Shown: positions 1-7,514 of the stretch, one piece after another
Layout of the letters: every line of letters begins with the position of its first letter
How positions within the stretch are numbered: position 1 is the first letter of the stretch
Program-made: the position numbers and the translations under genes
Assembly: GCA_041679025.1 (NCBI GenBank)
Contig: JBAYNC010000001.1
Location: 1-38,073, forward strand
Length of the DNA: 38,073 nucleotides
Direction: 5' to 3'
Origin: Patescibacteria group bacterium
GTDB taxonomy: Bacteria; Patescibacteriota; Patescibacteriia; Patescibacteriales; UBA12465
Notes under the pieces: generated by a model
The model's database searches: none
Seen by the model: only the letters and a program-made list of their open reading frames with translations
Told to the model about the DNA's origin: nothing

Positions 1-623
1 GCTCCGGTTCCCCAGAAGGTTAACAGAGCATTGTCTTTCTTGGCGTTAATAAACTTCTGGATTAAAGAGGGAATCATGTGACCATTCTGTAGGTCATAAG
101 TATCATTCGGCCCGTACATGTTAGTCGGCATTACAGTAATAGCATTGATGCCATATTGTTTCCGGTATAGTTCGCAGGCGATAACCCCCAACCCTTTAGC
201 GGTAGCATAACCCTTATTAGTCTCCTCTAATTTTCCGGACATAAACCTATCCTCACTTATCGGTTGAGGGTTTTCCTTAGGGTATATGCAGGTAGAACCA
301 GTATAGAGAATTTTAGTCTTTGGACTGAAGTTTTTAATAGCCTCCATAATATTCAAAATCATTAGAGAATTCTGGTAGAGAAAATCAGCCGGTCTGGTCA
401 TATTGCCATAAATACCGCCTACTAATCCGGCAACCATAAAGATAAAGTCCGGCTGGACTCTCTCGAAGTATTCTTCTACCTGGGATTTGTCTAATAGATT
501 AACGTCCTTGCTATTTGGAGCGGAGACGTTGGCATAGCCTTTCTTGTTCAACTGTCTGATCAGTGAGCTGCCGACTAGACCGCTACCGCCGAACACAGTA
601 ATTTTACTGCCTATCTGCATCAT
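1..623 (-). CDS. fcl: GDP-L-fucose synthase (GDP-4-keto-6-deoxy-D-mannose 3,5-epimerase/4-reductase); N-terminal ~207 aa, C-terminus runs off the window
   Basis: Absent from the ORF track because the window edge cuts it. My reverse-strand translation from ATG 621-623 reads MMQIGSKITVFGGSGLVGSSLIRQL...FMVAGLVGGIYGN...YTGSTCIYPKENPQPISE...NKGYATAKGLG...MPTNMYGPND. It has a Rossmann GxxGxxG and an SDR YxxxK motif. It starts 11 nt after the gmd stop. Confidence 0.85.
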   Translation of the reverse strand, partial: MMQIGSKITVFGGSGLVGSSLIRQLNKKGYANVSAPNSKDVNLLDKSQVEEYFERVQPDFIFMVAGLVGGIYGNMTRPADFLYQNSLMILNIMEAIKNFSPKTKILYTGSTCIYPKENPQPISEDRFMSGKLEETNKGYATAKGLGVIACELYRKQYGINAITVMPTNMYGPNDTYDLQNGHMIPSLIQKFINAKKDNALLTFWGTG

Positions 624-634
624 ATTTTTATTAG

Positions 635-1669
635 TTATATTTTTTTTTCTCCCTCTAATTCAGACTTAATCATGATCTTTACTAACTCTTCAAATTTTAC
701 TTTTGGTTCCCAACCCAATTCAGTCTTAGCTTTGGTCGGGTCGCCTAACAACAAATCAACTTCAGCTGGACGGAAATATTTAGTGTCGATTTCAATAATG
801 GTCTTACCGGTATTCTTGTTAATGCCTTTTTCATCCAATCCTTCGCCTTCCCAAATAATATCCATCCCTAGCAACTTAACGGATAATTCGACAAACTCTC
901 TGACGCTATGGGTTTCTCCGGTAGCGAGGACATAATCATCGGGAGTGTCTTGTTGGAGCATCAGCCACATGCCTTCGACATAATCTTTGGCATAGCCCCA
1001 ATCACGTCTGGAATCCAGGTTACCTAAGTATAGTTTTTCTTGAGTGCCGTTTTTTATTTTTACTAATGCTTCAGTTATTTTTTTGGTAACAAAAGTTGAA
1101 CCGCGACGAGGGCTTTCGTGGTTGAACAGGATTCCGGAAACAGCGAAGAGGCCATAGCTTTCGCGATAGTTTTTTGTGATCCAGTGAGCGAAGAGCTTGG
1201 CTACGGCATAAGGGGAGCGAGGGTAGAAAGGGGTCTTCTCAGTTTGAGGCGTCTCTTGGACTTTGCCGAACATTTCTGAGGATGAGGCTTGGTAGAATCG
1301 AGTTTTTATTTTTGATTCTTTAATAGCATCTAAAATTCTGAGAGCTCCTAAGCCGGCGGTCTCAGCGGTATATTCCGGAATATCAAAACTGACTCGGACA
1401 TGGCTTTGGGCGGCTAGATTATAGATTTCATCTGGTTGAATTTTTTCTAAAAGCCTAGAAAGATTGCTAGAGTCGGTTACATCACCGAAATGGAGGAAGA
1501 AAGTACATTTTGGATTATGTTGATCCTGGTAAAGGTGGTCGATTCGGCCAGTGTTGAATGACGATGAACGTCTGATGATGCCATGGACTTCATAACCTTT
1601 TTCTAACAATAATTCAGCTAGGTATGATCCATCCTGTCCGGTGATCCCGGTGATTAGAGCTTTTTTCAT
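635..1669 (-). CDS. gmd: GDP-mannose 4,6-dehydratase
   Basis: [47 protein letters not shown] is the classic Gmd N-terminus. Also YAVAKL (YxxxK) and NHESPRRG motifs. 344 aa. Confidence 0.95.
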   Translation of the reverse strand: MKKALITGITGQDGSYLAELLLEKGYEVHGIIRRSSSFNTGRIDHLYQDQHNPKCTFFLHFGDVTDSSNLSRLLEKIQPDEIYNLAAQSHVRVSFDIPEYTAETAGLGALRILDAIKESKIKTRFYQASSSEMFGKVQETPQTEKTPFYPRSPYAVAKLFAHWITKNYRESYGLFAVSGILFNHESPRRGSTFVTKKITEALVKIKNGTQEKLYLGNLDSRRDWGYAKDYVEGMWLMLQQDTPDDYVLATGETHSVREFVELSVKLLGMDIIWEGEGLDEKGINKNTGKTIIEIDTKYFRPAEVDLLLGDPTKAKTELGWEPKVKFEELVKIMIKSELEGEKKI

Positions 1670-1692
1670 ATGGTTTTTTTCTTTTTATTTTT

Positions 1693-3066
1693 TTATCGGC
1701 CCTGGTAAGTAATTACGGTTTTAATTGTTTTGAGAATAATAGTGACATCTAAAAATAGAGAGCGATTTTTGATGTAAAAGAGATCGTGCTGTAATTTTTT
1801 AATAGTGTCAGACACTGAGGCGGAATGATATTCACCAGAAATTTGATCCCAACCGCTAATGCCTGGCTTAACTAGGGTGCGGATATCAAAGAAGGGAACA
1901 TTTTTTTTAAGTTCAGCAATAAATTCCGGTCTTTCGGGGCGAGGTCCAACAAAACTCATTTGGCCTTTAATAATATTGATGAGTTGTGGAATTTCGTCAA
2001 TTCTGGTGGTGCGCATTATTTTTCCAACCTTAGTTATTCTTTTGTCATTTTTTTCGGTTAAAGAATAATTATTATTTTCTATTCTCATAGTGCGAAATTT
2101 AAACATCTTGAAGGGGATATTATCTTTTCCCATTCGGTATTGAGAAAAAAATATTGGCCCCGGGCTGCTTAATTTTATAGCCAGAAGAATGAATGGCCAG
2201 AAAGGTAAGGTAATTATTAGAATAATAATAGCCATAATTAGATCAGCACTTCTTTTGATAAATTCGAATATTTTTTTGTCGGCCAGATCTAAATTTTCCA
2301 AAAACCATGATTGACCAATTATTTCCAAGGGGACTCGGCCGGTTATTTTTTCGTAAAAATTTGGTAGGGTAATATAGCTAATTCCGAGAGGAAGACAATT
2401 AAAAAGCCGACGTTTAAGGTCGGGAGAATTATTGACATCTTTCGCTAAAATAATATTGGTAATTTTATATTTAGAACTTAATTCTTCCAACCCGTCATTT
2501 TCGTCAAATACTTCTACTAGTTCTTTAATTTTCGGGTTAATATTTTCGTTATCATCTAAAATAATGAATTTGATATCATATCCCATCTGTGGGTTGATTT
2601 TAAATTCTTTAATTAGCTCTTCGAGATGAGGGTGATAGCCGATGACTCCGAGGTTATTCTTGGGTAAGCGATTTTTTAGGATATAGGAGAAGATAAATCG
2701 CCAAATTAAGAAGAAGACTGAAAAAATTCCAGCAAAAATTATTAAATTAGTCTTGGGAGAGATGTTGTTATAAGGGAAGAGATAGAAGAAAATAATGGAA
2801 ATAACTAAGGCGATAGTTAAATTTTTGAAATAGTTTTCGACTAAGCGACCTTTGTGGCCGAGGTTTTTGAGATTGTATAAATTGCCGATATAAAAAACTA
2901 GAAACCAGATCAGTAAAATCCAGGTAAAAGCAGTGCTGTTTTGTTCCCAGAGTTCACCATGCGGTTCATCTAGATAGCGCAAATAGAGGGCTAAATAGAG
3001 AGAAAAATAGAAAATAATAATATCCCCTAGAAGTAAGGTAATTTGTTTTAATTTAGACTTTATCAT
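1693..3066 (-). CDS. Polyprenyl-phosphate glycosyl-1-phosphate transferase (WbaP/EpsL-type bacterial sugar transferase), multi-TM N-terminus
   Basis: The C-terminal block KRITKVGKIMRTTRIDEIPQLINIIKGQMSFVGPRPERPEF...KPGISGWDQISG is the bacterial sugar transferase signature. The N-terminal half is hydrophobic. Confidence 0.9.
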   Translation of the reverse strand: MIKSKLKQITLLLGDIIIFYFSLYLALYLRYLDEPHGELWEQNSTAFTWILLIWFLVFYIGNLYNLKNLGHKGRLVENYFKNLTIALVISIIFFYLFPYNNISPKTNLIIFAGIFSVFFLIWRFIFSYILKNRLPKNNLGVIGYHPHLEELIKEFKINPQMGYDIKFIILDDNENINPKIKELVEVFDENDGLEELSSKYKITNIILAKDVNNSPDLKRRLFNCLPLGISYITLPNFYEKITGRVPLEIIGQSWFLENLDLADKKIFEFIKRSADLIMAIIILIITLPFWPFILLAIKLSSPGPIFFSQYRMGKDNIPFKMFKFRTMRIENNNYSLTEKNDKRITKVGKIMRTTRIDEIPQLINIIKGQMSFVGPRPERPEFIAELKKNVPFFDIRTLVKPGISGWDQISGEYHSASVSDTIKKLQHDLFYIKNRSLFLDVTIILKTIKTVITYQGR

Positions 3067-3109
3067 ATAATACTATTATATCAACTTAATACTTAAAATC
3101 AAGCTAATT

Positions 3110-5179
3110 ATGCAACCAAAAACTTACTTGGCCATTTTAAAATATGGTCTTTATAGCTCATTTCTGACCTTCTTGTTGATCTTTCCCGGTCTCCTATTTC
3201 CATATATTACTTCCAAGCAGCTCTCTTTTAATATTCTTATAGAGGTTTTGACTGTCTTTTGGGTTCTCTTTATTTTTGTTTATCCAGAGTATCGCCCGAA
3301 GAAGAATTATTTAACTTGGGGCATATTAGCTTATTTTTTGGTTGTTGCTCTGTCGGCTATTATTGGAGTGGATTTTAATTTAAGTTTTTGGGGTAATGCT
3401 GAGAGAATGTTGGGCCTATTTCACTTGCTTCATTTTCTCCTTTTCTATTTAATTTTAATCACTGTTATGCGTCAAAAGAGCGATTGGGATCGCTTCTTCG
3501 ACGTTTCAATTGTCATCTCGGTTATTATTGTTATCTACGGTTTGATTAAAGGGTATCCAGCTTCGACTATTGGTAATTCTGCTTATGTTGCCGGATTAAT
3601 GATTTTTAATTTTTTCTTTGCTCTTTGGCGACTTCTTTCTAGTCAAGGGTGGTATTTAAAAGCTCTCTACGCGACTCTAGCTTTTATGATTATGATCGGT
3701 TTTGTAAAGGCTGATATTTCGGGGTCTCAAGCCGGTTTTGTTGTTGGGTTAGCGGTAATGGGAATTGTTTTTTTCTTTTTGCAAAAAGGAAAAAGAATGA
3801 AGATTATTGGCGGTGTTATTATGGGTCTTATTTTGACATTATTGATTCTACTTTTTGCCTTTCGTTCTAACTCAGTTTTTGATAATACTAAATTGGGCGG
3901 CATGCTTCGAGCTTTCTCATCGGAAAATGCAACGTTAAATACGCGATTGATTTCTTGGAAAGCAGCTTATCTCGATTTTTCTAATCATCCTATCCTGGGT
4001 GTTGGTCATGGTAATTATGCGGCTATTTTTGATAAGTATTTCGATCCCAAATTCTACGATTATTCTCCGGGAGAAACTTATTTCGACAGAGCTCATAATA
4101 ATATTGTTGATATTGTTTCTACTTCCGGTCTTTTGGGGTTATTAGCTTATCTTTCAATTTTTGTAGCTGTTTTCTATTATTTGATTAAATCATATCGGCA
4201 AAAGAAAATTTCCTCTTGGCAGATTTCAGTCCTCTCCGGTTTGATTGTAGCTTATTTTGTCCAGAATTTAGCTGTCTTTGATTCTTTAGTGACCTATGTT
4301 TCTTTGTTTGGGTTATTGGGTTTTGTTTATTATAATTATCATCAGGGTGAAATTGTTGAGCCTGGAGCTAAAAAGTCAGCCCTATCTGACGAAAAAGAAT
4401 TGGCCCTCTGGGCGGTAATGATTATTTTAGCTTTGATTTTTATTATAAGATTCAATGTGCGTGGATTTCAGATGTTAAGCTCGACAATTATAGGCTATCA
4501 ATATGTTTCCTCTAGTGACCCAGTTCAGGGCGTTGAAATTTATAAGCAGGCCTTCGCTAAAAGTATCGGGTATAATCGTGATAGTCGCGGCACCCTTGTT
4601 AATTTAATTTCTGGTAATCCGCAAATGCTTTTGTCTTTACCGGCGGAAGAGGCAGAAGAGATATTGTCCTATGCCGTTGATTTAGCTTTAAAAAATACTG
4701 ATTATAATCCAGGTGATAGTTTAATGGAGACTCAATTAGCTAAAATAGCCAATATCGCTGCTCGTTTTAATTACAAAGATATTGATAAGTTTAATGAATA
4801 TTCCAGCATTTCGGTTTCAGCAATTGAAGCGGCCATTTCAGCTAGCCCAGAGAGATTTCCGCTCTATAGCATTAAGTCAGATATTTATTTGACTCGAGGT
4901 GAAAAGAGTGAAGCTGTTGCCGCCTTGGAAAAATCATTAGAGTTAAAGTCAAATTATTTTGATGCTTATTGTAATCTGGCTAAGGTTTATTATTTTTTTA
5001 AAGATTATGCTCCTGCTTACGAAGCGGCTGGGACCTGTGCCCAAAATAATCGCATTAGTTTATTGGGTCAAGGAGAATTAGCGACCAAGGCTTTGGATTA
5101 TTTTTTAGAGAAGGGAAATGATAAAATGATTCAATCTTTTCAGAACTATTTAAATACTTCCAGTTCGGCGATAAGGTAG
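3110..5179 (+). CDS. O-antigen ligase/polymerase-like (Wzy_C-type) polytopic membrane protein with a C-terminal TPR-like soluble domain
   Basis: About 420 aa of TM helices with HGNYAAIF...RAHNNIVDIVSTSGLLGLLAYL (Wzy_C-like loop). The C-terminal ~250 aa is helical with TPR-like segments (KSEAVAALEKSLELKSNYFDAYCNLAKVYYFFKDY). Divergent from the sugar transferase gene. Confidence 0.7.
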   Translation: MQPKTYLAILKYGLYSSFLTFLLIFPGLLFPYITSKQLSFNILIEVLTVFWVLFIFVYPEYRPKKNYLTWGILAYFLVVALSAIIGVDFNLSFWGNAERMLGLFHLLHFLLFYLILITVMRQKSDWDRFFDVSIVISVIIVIYGLIKGYPASTIGNSAYVAGLMIFNFFFALWRLLSSQGWYLKALYATLAFMIMIGFVKADISGSQAGFVVGLAVMGIVFFFLQKGKRMKIIGGVIMGLILTLLILLFAFRSNSVFDNTKLGGMLRAFSSENATLNTRLISWKAAYLDFSNHPILGVGHGNYAAIFDKYFDPKFYDYSPGETYFDRAHNNIVDIVSTSGLLGLLAYLSIFVAVFYYLIKSYRQKKISSWQISVLSGLIVAYFVQNLAVFDSLVTYVSLFGLLGFVYYNYHQGEIVEPGAKKSALSDEKELALWAVMIILALIFIIRFNVRGFQMLSSTIIGYQYVSSSDPVQGVEIYKQAFAKSIGYNRDSRGTLVNLISGNPQMLLSLPAEEAEEILSYAVDLALKNTDYNPGDSLMETQLAKIANIAARFNYKDIDKFNEYSSISVSAIEAAISASPERFPLYSIKSDIYLTRGEKSEAVAALEKSLELKSNYFDAYCNLAKVYYFFKDYAPAYEAAGTCAQNNRISLLGQGELATKALDYFLEKGNDKMIQSFQNYLNTSSSAIR

Positions 5180-5193
5180 TTTAAATTATAGAA

Positions 5194-5297
5194 GAACCAC
5201 TCAATAAACTGGGTGGTTTTTTGTTTTGTGGTTAGAGGAAAAATTTAATTTTATTTTAATCCTTTGCAATGATGTTTTTGCTATTATAATTAATGTT
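5194..5297 (+). repeat. Direct repeat copy 1 (terminator + promoter-like spacer), partner at 6331-6436
   Basis: GAACCACTCAATAAACTGGGTGGTTTTTTGTTTTGTGGTTAGAGGAAAAATTTAATTTTATTTTA, then 21 nt later TGCTATTATAATTAATGTT. Colinear with copy 2 and has the same internal spacing. Confidence 0.85.
5197..5227 (+). terminator. Rho-independent terminator after the Wzy-like gene
   Basis: Stem CCACTCA (5197-5203) / TGGGTGG (5210-5216) with one G-U pair. Loop ATAAAC, then TTTTTTGTTTT. Confidence 0.75.
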
Positions 5298-5306
5298 TTT
5301 AAGCTA

Positions 5307-5358
5307 TTGACTGTATTGATGTAATATATTACACTATATGATGTAAATAATTACATCA
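5307..5358 (+). promoter_or_regulatory. Promoter (TTGACT-17-TACACT) overlapped by two palindromic operator-like sites for the wHTH-NTase/HEPN operon
   Basis: -35 TTGACT at 5307-5312, 17-nt spacer, -10 TACACT at 5330-5335. Site A is the 14-bp palindrome TGTAATATATTACA (5320-5333). Site B is the 20-bp near-perfect palindrome TGATGTAAATAATTACATCA (5339-5358). Half-site TGATGTAA recurs at 5318 and 5339, 21 bp apart. The ATG is at 5364. Confidence 0.6.
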
Positions 5359-5363
5359 ATAAT

Positions 5364-5909
5364 ATGATTAACTTAAAATCAAACATTGTCATTAAAGTTC
5401 TGGGTTATTATTTTGTTAACCCGAAGGCTCGTCATTATGTTCGCGAGTTAGCTGGTCTGCTTAAAATCGATCCAGGCAATTTATCAAAAAAAATGGCAGA
5501 GTTAAAGCGAGAAGGCCTTTTTTTAATGGAGGGAGAGGGTAAAAATTGTTATTTTACTTTAAATGAAAGTTTTCCTCTCTTGAATGAATATAAAAATATT
5601 TATGAATCAAAATTTGGGGTAATTGAATCTCTTTCATCGGCCCTTCAGAGCGTTACTGGTTTAACTGAAGCATATCTTTTTGGTTCTTATGTTAAGGGTA
5701 ATTTTGAGAATGGTAGTGATCTTGATTTGTTGGTAGTCGGTAGTCATAATTGTACTCTGGTTAGTCGTTGTTTAGCTCCTTTGGAAAAACTTTGGCATCG
5801 AGAAATAAATGTAATTGATTTTTCTAAAGAAGATTTTTCTCAAAAAATTAAGAATAAAGATCCACTCTTGGAAAATATCTTTTCTGGTAAAACTATAAAA
5901 GTTATTTAA
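5364..5909 (+). CDS. Winged-helix (ArsR-like) domain fused to a MNT-type nucleotidyltransferase; putative antitoxin/regulator of a HEPN-MNT (type VII-like) module
   Basis: The N-terminus VLGYYFVNPKARHYVRELAGLLKIDPGNLSKKMAELKREGLF is wHTH-like. The C-terminus LFGSYVKGNFENGSDLDLLVVG matches the GSx9-10DxD minimal NTase motif. Confidence 0.8.
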   Translation: MINLKSNIVIKVLGYYFVNPKARHYVRELAGLLKIDPGNLSKKMAELKREGLFLMEGEGKNCYFTLNESFPLLNEYKNIYESKFGVIESLSSALQSVTGLTEAYLFGSYVKGNFENGSDLDLLVVGSHNCTLVSRCLAPLEKLWHREINVIDFSKEDFSQKIKNKDPLLENIFSGKTIKVI

Positions 5910-5912
5910 TTT

Positions 5913-6311
5913 ATGTTTGAGAAGTTTAATTATTATCCAGACCAAATCCAGAAATACTATCAGGCAGCGGTTAGGGATTTACATTTGGCAATTTTGGCTG
6001 AAGCGCCGGAAATTATTTTTTACCTTTCTTATAATATTATTATTAAGATGGCCATTGCTGTTTGCGCTAAAAATAATTTACGCGTTAAGTCACGAGTCGG
6101 GCATCATATTGAACTGATTGCGAAGTTGGCTGAGTATTTGGACGACCAAGAAATTGAGGATGTTGCTAATAAGATGCGGACCAAGAGAAATAGAGATTTA
6201 TATGATGGTGGAGTAATTACTTCCGAGAAAGAAGCCGAGTTTTATATTTGTTTCTGTAAAAAATTAGTTGAACGTGCCGATCGTTATTTATCTCCAGATA
6301 AGTTATTGTAA
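5913..6311 (+). CDS. HEPN-domain protein (putative toxin partner of the upstream NTase)
   Basis: 132-aa all-helical protein starting 3 nt after the NTase stop. RVKSRVGHHIELIAKL fits an Rx4-6H-like motif. KRNRDLYDGGVITSEKEAEFYICFCKKLVERA resembles the HEPN C-terminal helix pattern. The call rests on context plus weak motifs. Confidence 0.6.
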   Translation: MFEKFNYYPDQIQKYYQAAVRDLHLAILAEAPEIIFYLSYNIIIKMAIAVCAKNNLRVKSRVGHHIELIAKLAEYLDDQEIEDVANKMRTKRNRDLYDGGVITSEKEAEFYICFCKKLVERADRYLSPDKLL

Positions 6312-6330
6312 TTTATTGCCACGAAGATTA

Positions 6331-6436
6331 GAAACTACTCAATAAACTGGGTGGTTTTTTTGTTTTGGGGTTAGAGAAAAAATTTATTTTAGTTTTACGT
6401 TGTATTTATTGTTGATCTGTTATGATAATCAATGTT
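6331..6436 (+). repeat. Direct repeat copy 2 (partner of 5194-5297)
   Basis: GAAACTACTCAATAAACTGGGTGGTTTTTTTGTTTTGGGGTTAGAGAAAAAATTTATTTTAGTTTTA, then 21 nt later TGTTATGATAATCAATGTT (16/19 match to copy 1). Confidence 0.85.
6335..6366 (+). terminator. Rho-independent terminator after the HEPN gene (duplicate of 5197-5227)
   Basis: Stem CTACTCA / TGGGTGG with two G-U pairs. Loop ATAAAC, then T7-G-T4. Confidence 0.65.
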
Positions 6437-6487
6437 AATTATTAGTTTTTTAGTTTCGCGCGAACTAAAGAATTAAGTGTAATTATT

Positions 6488-7453
6488 ATGAAAAAAATAA
6501 TTGAGTGGATTAGAATATTAAAGGCCTGCGGTCTTCGTCATAAGCTGATTATTATTGCAGTGTTAAGTTCTTTATTATTGATTTTTAGTATTTTTTACGG
6601 CGTGGTCTATGGCAAATTGTGGTTATGGTTTCCGGCTAGAATAAAAGCGGAAATAGCTTTAAATCGTCTGGGGGTTTCAAGCTACAATAACCCGATTTGC
6701 CATGAGACTTGTTTTTACGAGCGTCAATTGTATAAGAAAGTGATCGCCGCTAATTTAGATCAAAAAAGAATTAGTGAAAGAGTAAAAAGATTGATATTGG
6801 CTGAGGATAATAATTTAGTTTTTCGTTTGGAGTTAGTTGATTCTTGGTCACATCAAAATAATTTGCCATTTCCTGATTATTTTTCAAATTATTTGGTCGA
6901 TGGCCTTGAGTCTTCAGTTCAAGAAAAAATTAGGGAATTGTTTGGAGTAGACGATCTTTCGGTTGAAGAGCTGGTTAATAATTTTTCTGTCACTTCTTCC
7001 TCTTCTGAGCAGCTAGATATTTTGCGGTCTTTGCAAGAGAAGTCTGATTCTTCTTTATCTAGTTTTTATTTAGATTTAATAATTAGCCATCCTGATGTTG
7101 ATGTAAAAAATGGCGCTTTGTCGGCTTTGAGTAATTTATCTCCTAGCGTTGATTATATAACTCCTGATTTTTTATTGAAAATAAAGAAAATGATTCTTGA
7201 TCAGAATTTAAATAAATATTTGCGCAAAGAGCTTATTTTGTTATTGGGTGATTATTTATCGGTTCAGGAAGATTTGGTCTTAAAGATTTTGTCTGAAGCT
7301 TATGAGGATAAAGTTGCAGTTGATAACTTTAGTCGTCTGTTTATAGCTGATACTTTAAATCGCTTTAGTGTTAATAATTATGTTAAGCCGGAAATTAGCG
7401 TAAGTGAGTGGCAGGATTATCGTGATCATAATAGCTTATGGGGCAATGATTAA
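6488..7453 (+). CDS. Hypothetical membrane-anchored protein (one N-terminal TM, helical-repeat/HEAT-like body)
   Basis: 321-aa ORF with a TM at LIIIAVLSSLLLIFSIFYGVVYG. The rest is helical with Leu-rich repeats. I recognise no family signature. It ends 61 nt upstream of the giant gene with no terminator between them. Confidence 0.6.
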   Translation: MKKIIEWIRILKACGLRHKLIIIAVLSSLLLIFSIFYGVVYGKLWLWFPARIKAEIALNRLGVSSYNNPICHETCFYERQLYKKVIAANLDQKRISERVKRLILAEDNNLVFRLELVDSWSHQNNLPFPDYFSNYLVDGLESSVQEKIRELFGVDDLSVEELVNNFSVTSSSSEQLDILRSLQEKSDSSLSSFYLDLIISHPDVDVKNGALSALSNLSPSVDYITPDFLLKIKKMILDQNLNKYLRKELILLLGDYLSVQEDLVLKILSEAYEDKVAVDNFSRLFIADTLNRFSVNNYVKPEISVSEWQDYRDHNSLWGND

Positions 7454-7514
7454 TTGTTTGGGGATTAGTCGACTTATTCGGCTATGATTAAAATAGAAAA
7501 TAAGCCGTTATTTT

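Noticed and set aside
672-935. Short ORFs inside or antisense to gmd, the sugar transferase, rfbA, GerMN, rnhB, cysS and gap (for example 672-935, 1859-2068, 2432-2629, 20322-20651, 22406-22684, 23129-23498, 30355-30576, 37252-37869)
   Set aside because: All are embedded in, or opposite to, confidently identified genes. They have low-complexity translations and lack independent signals.
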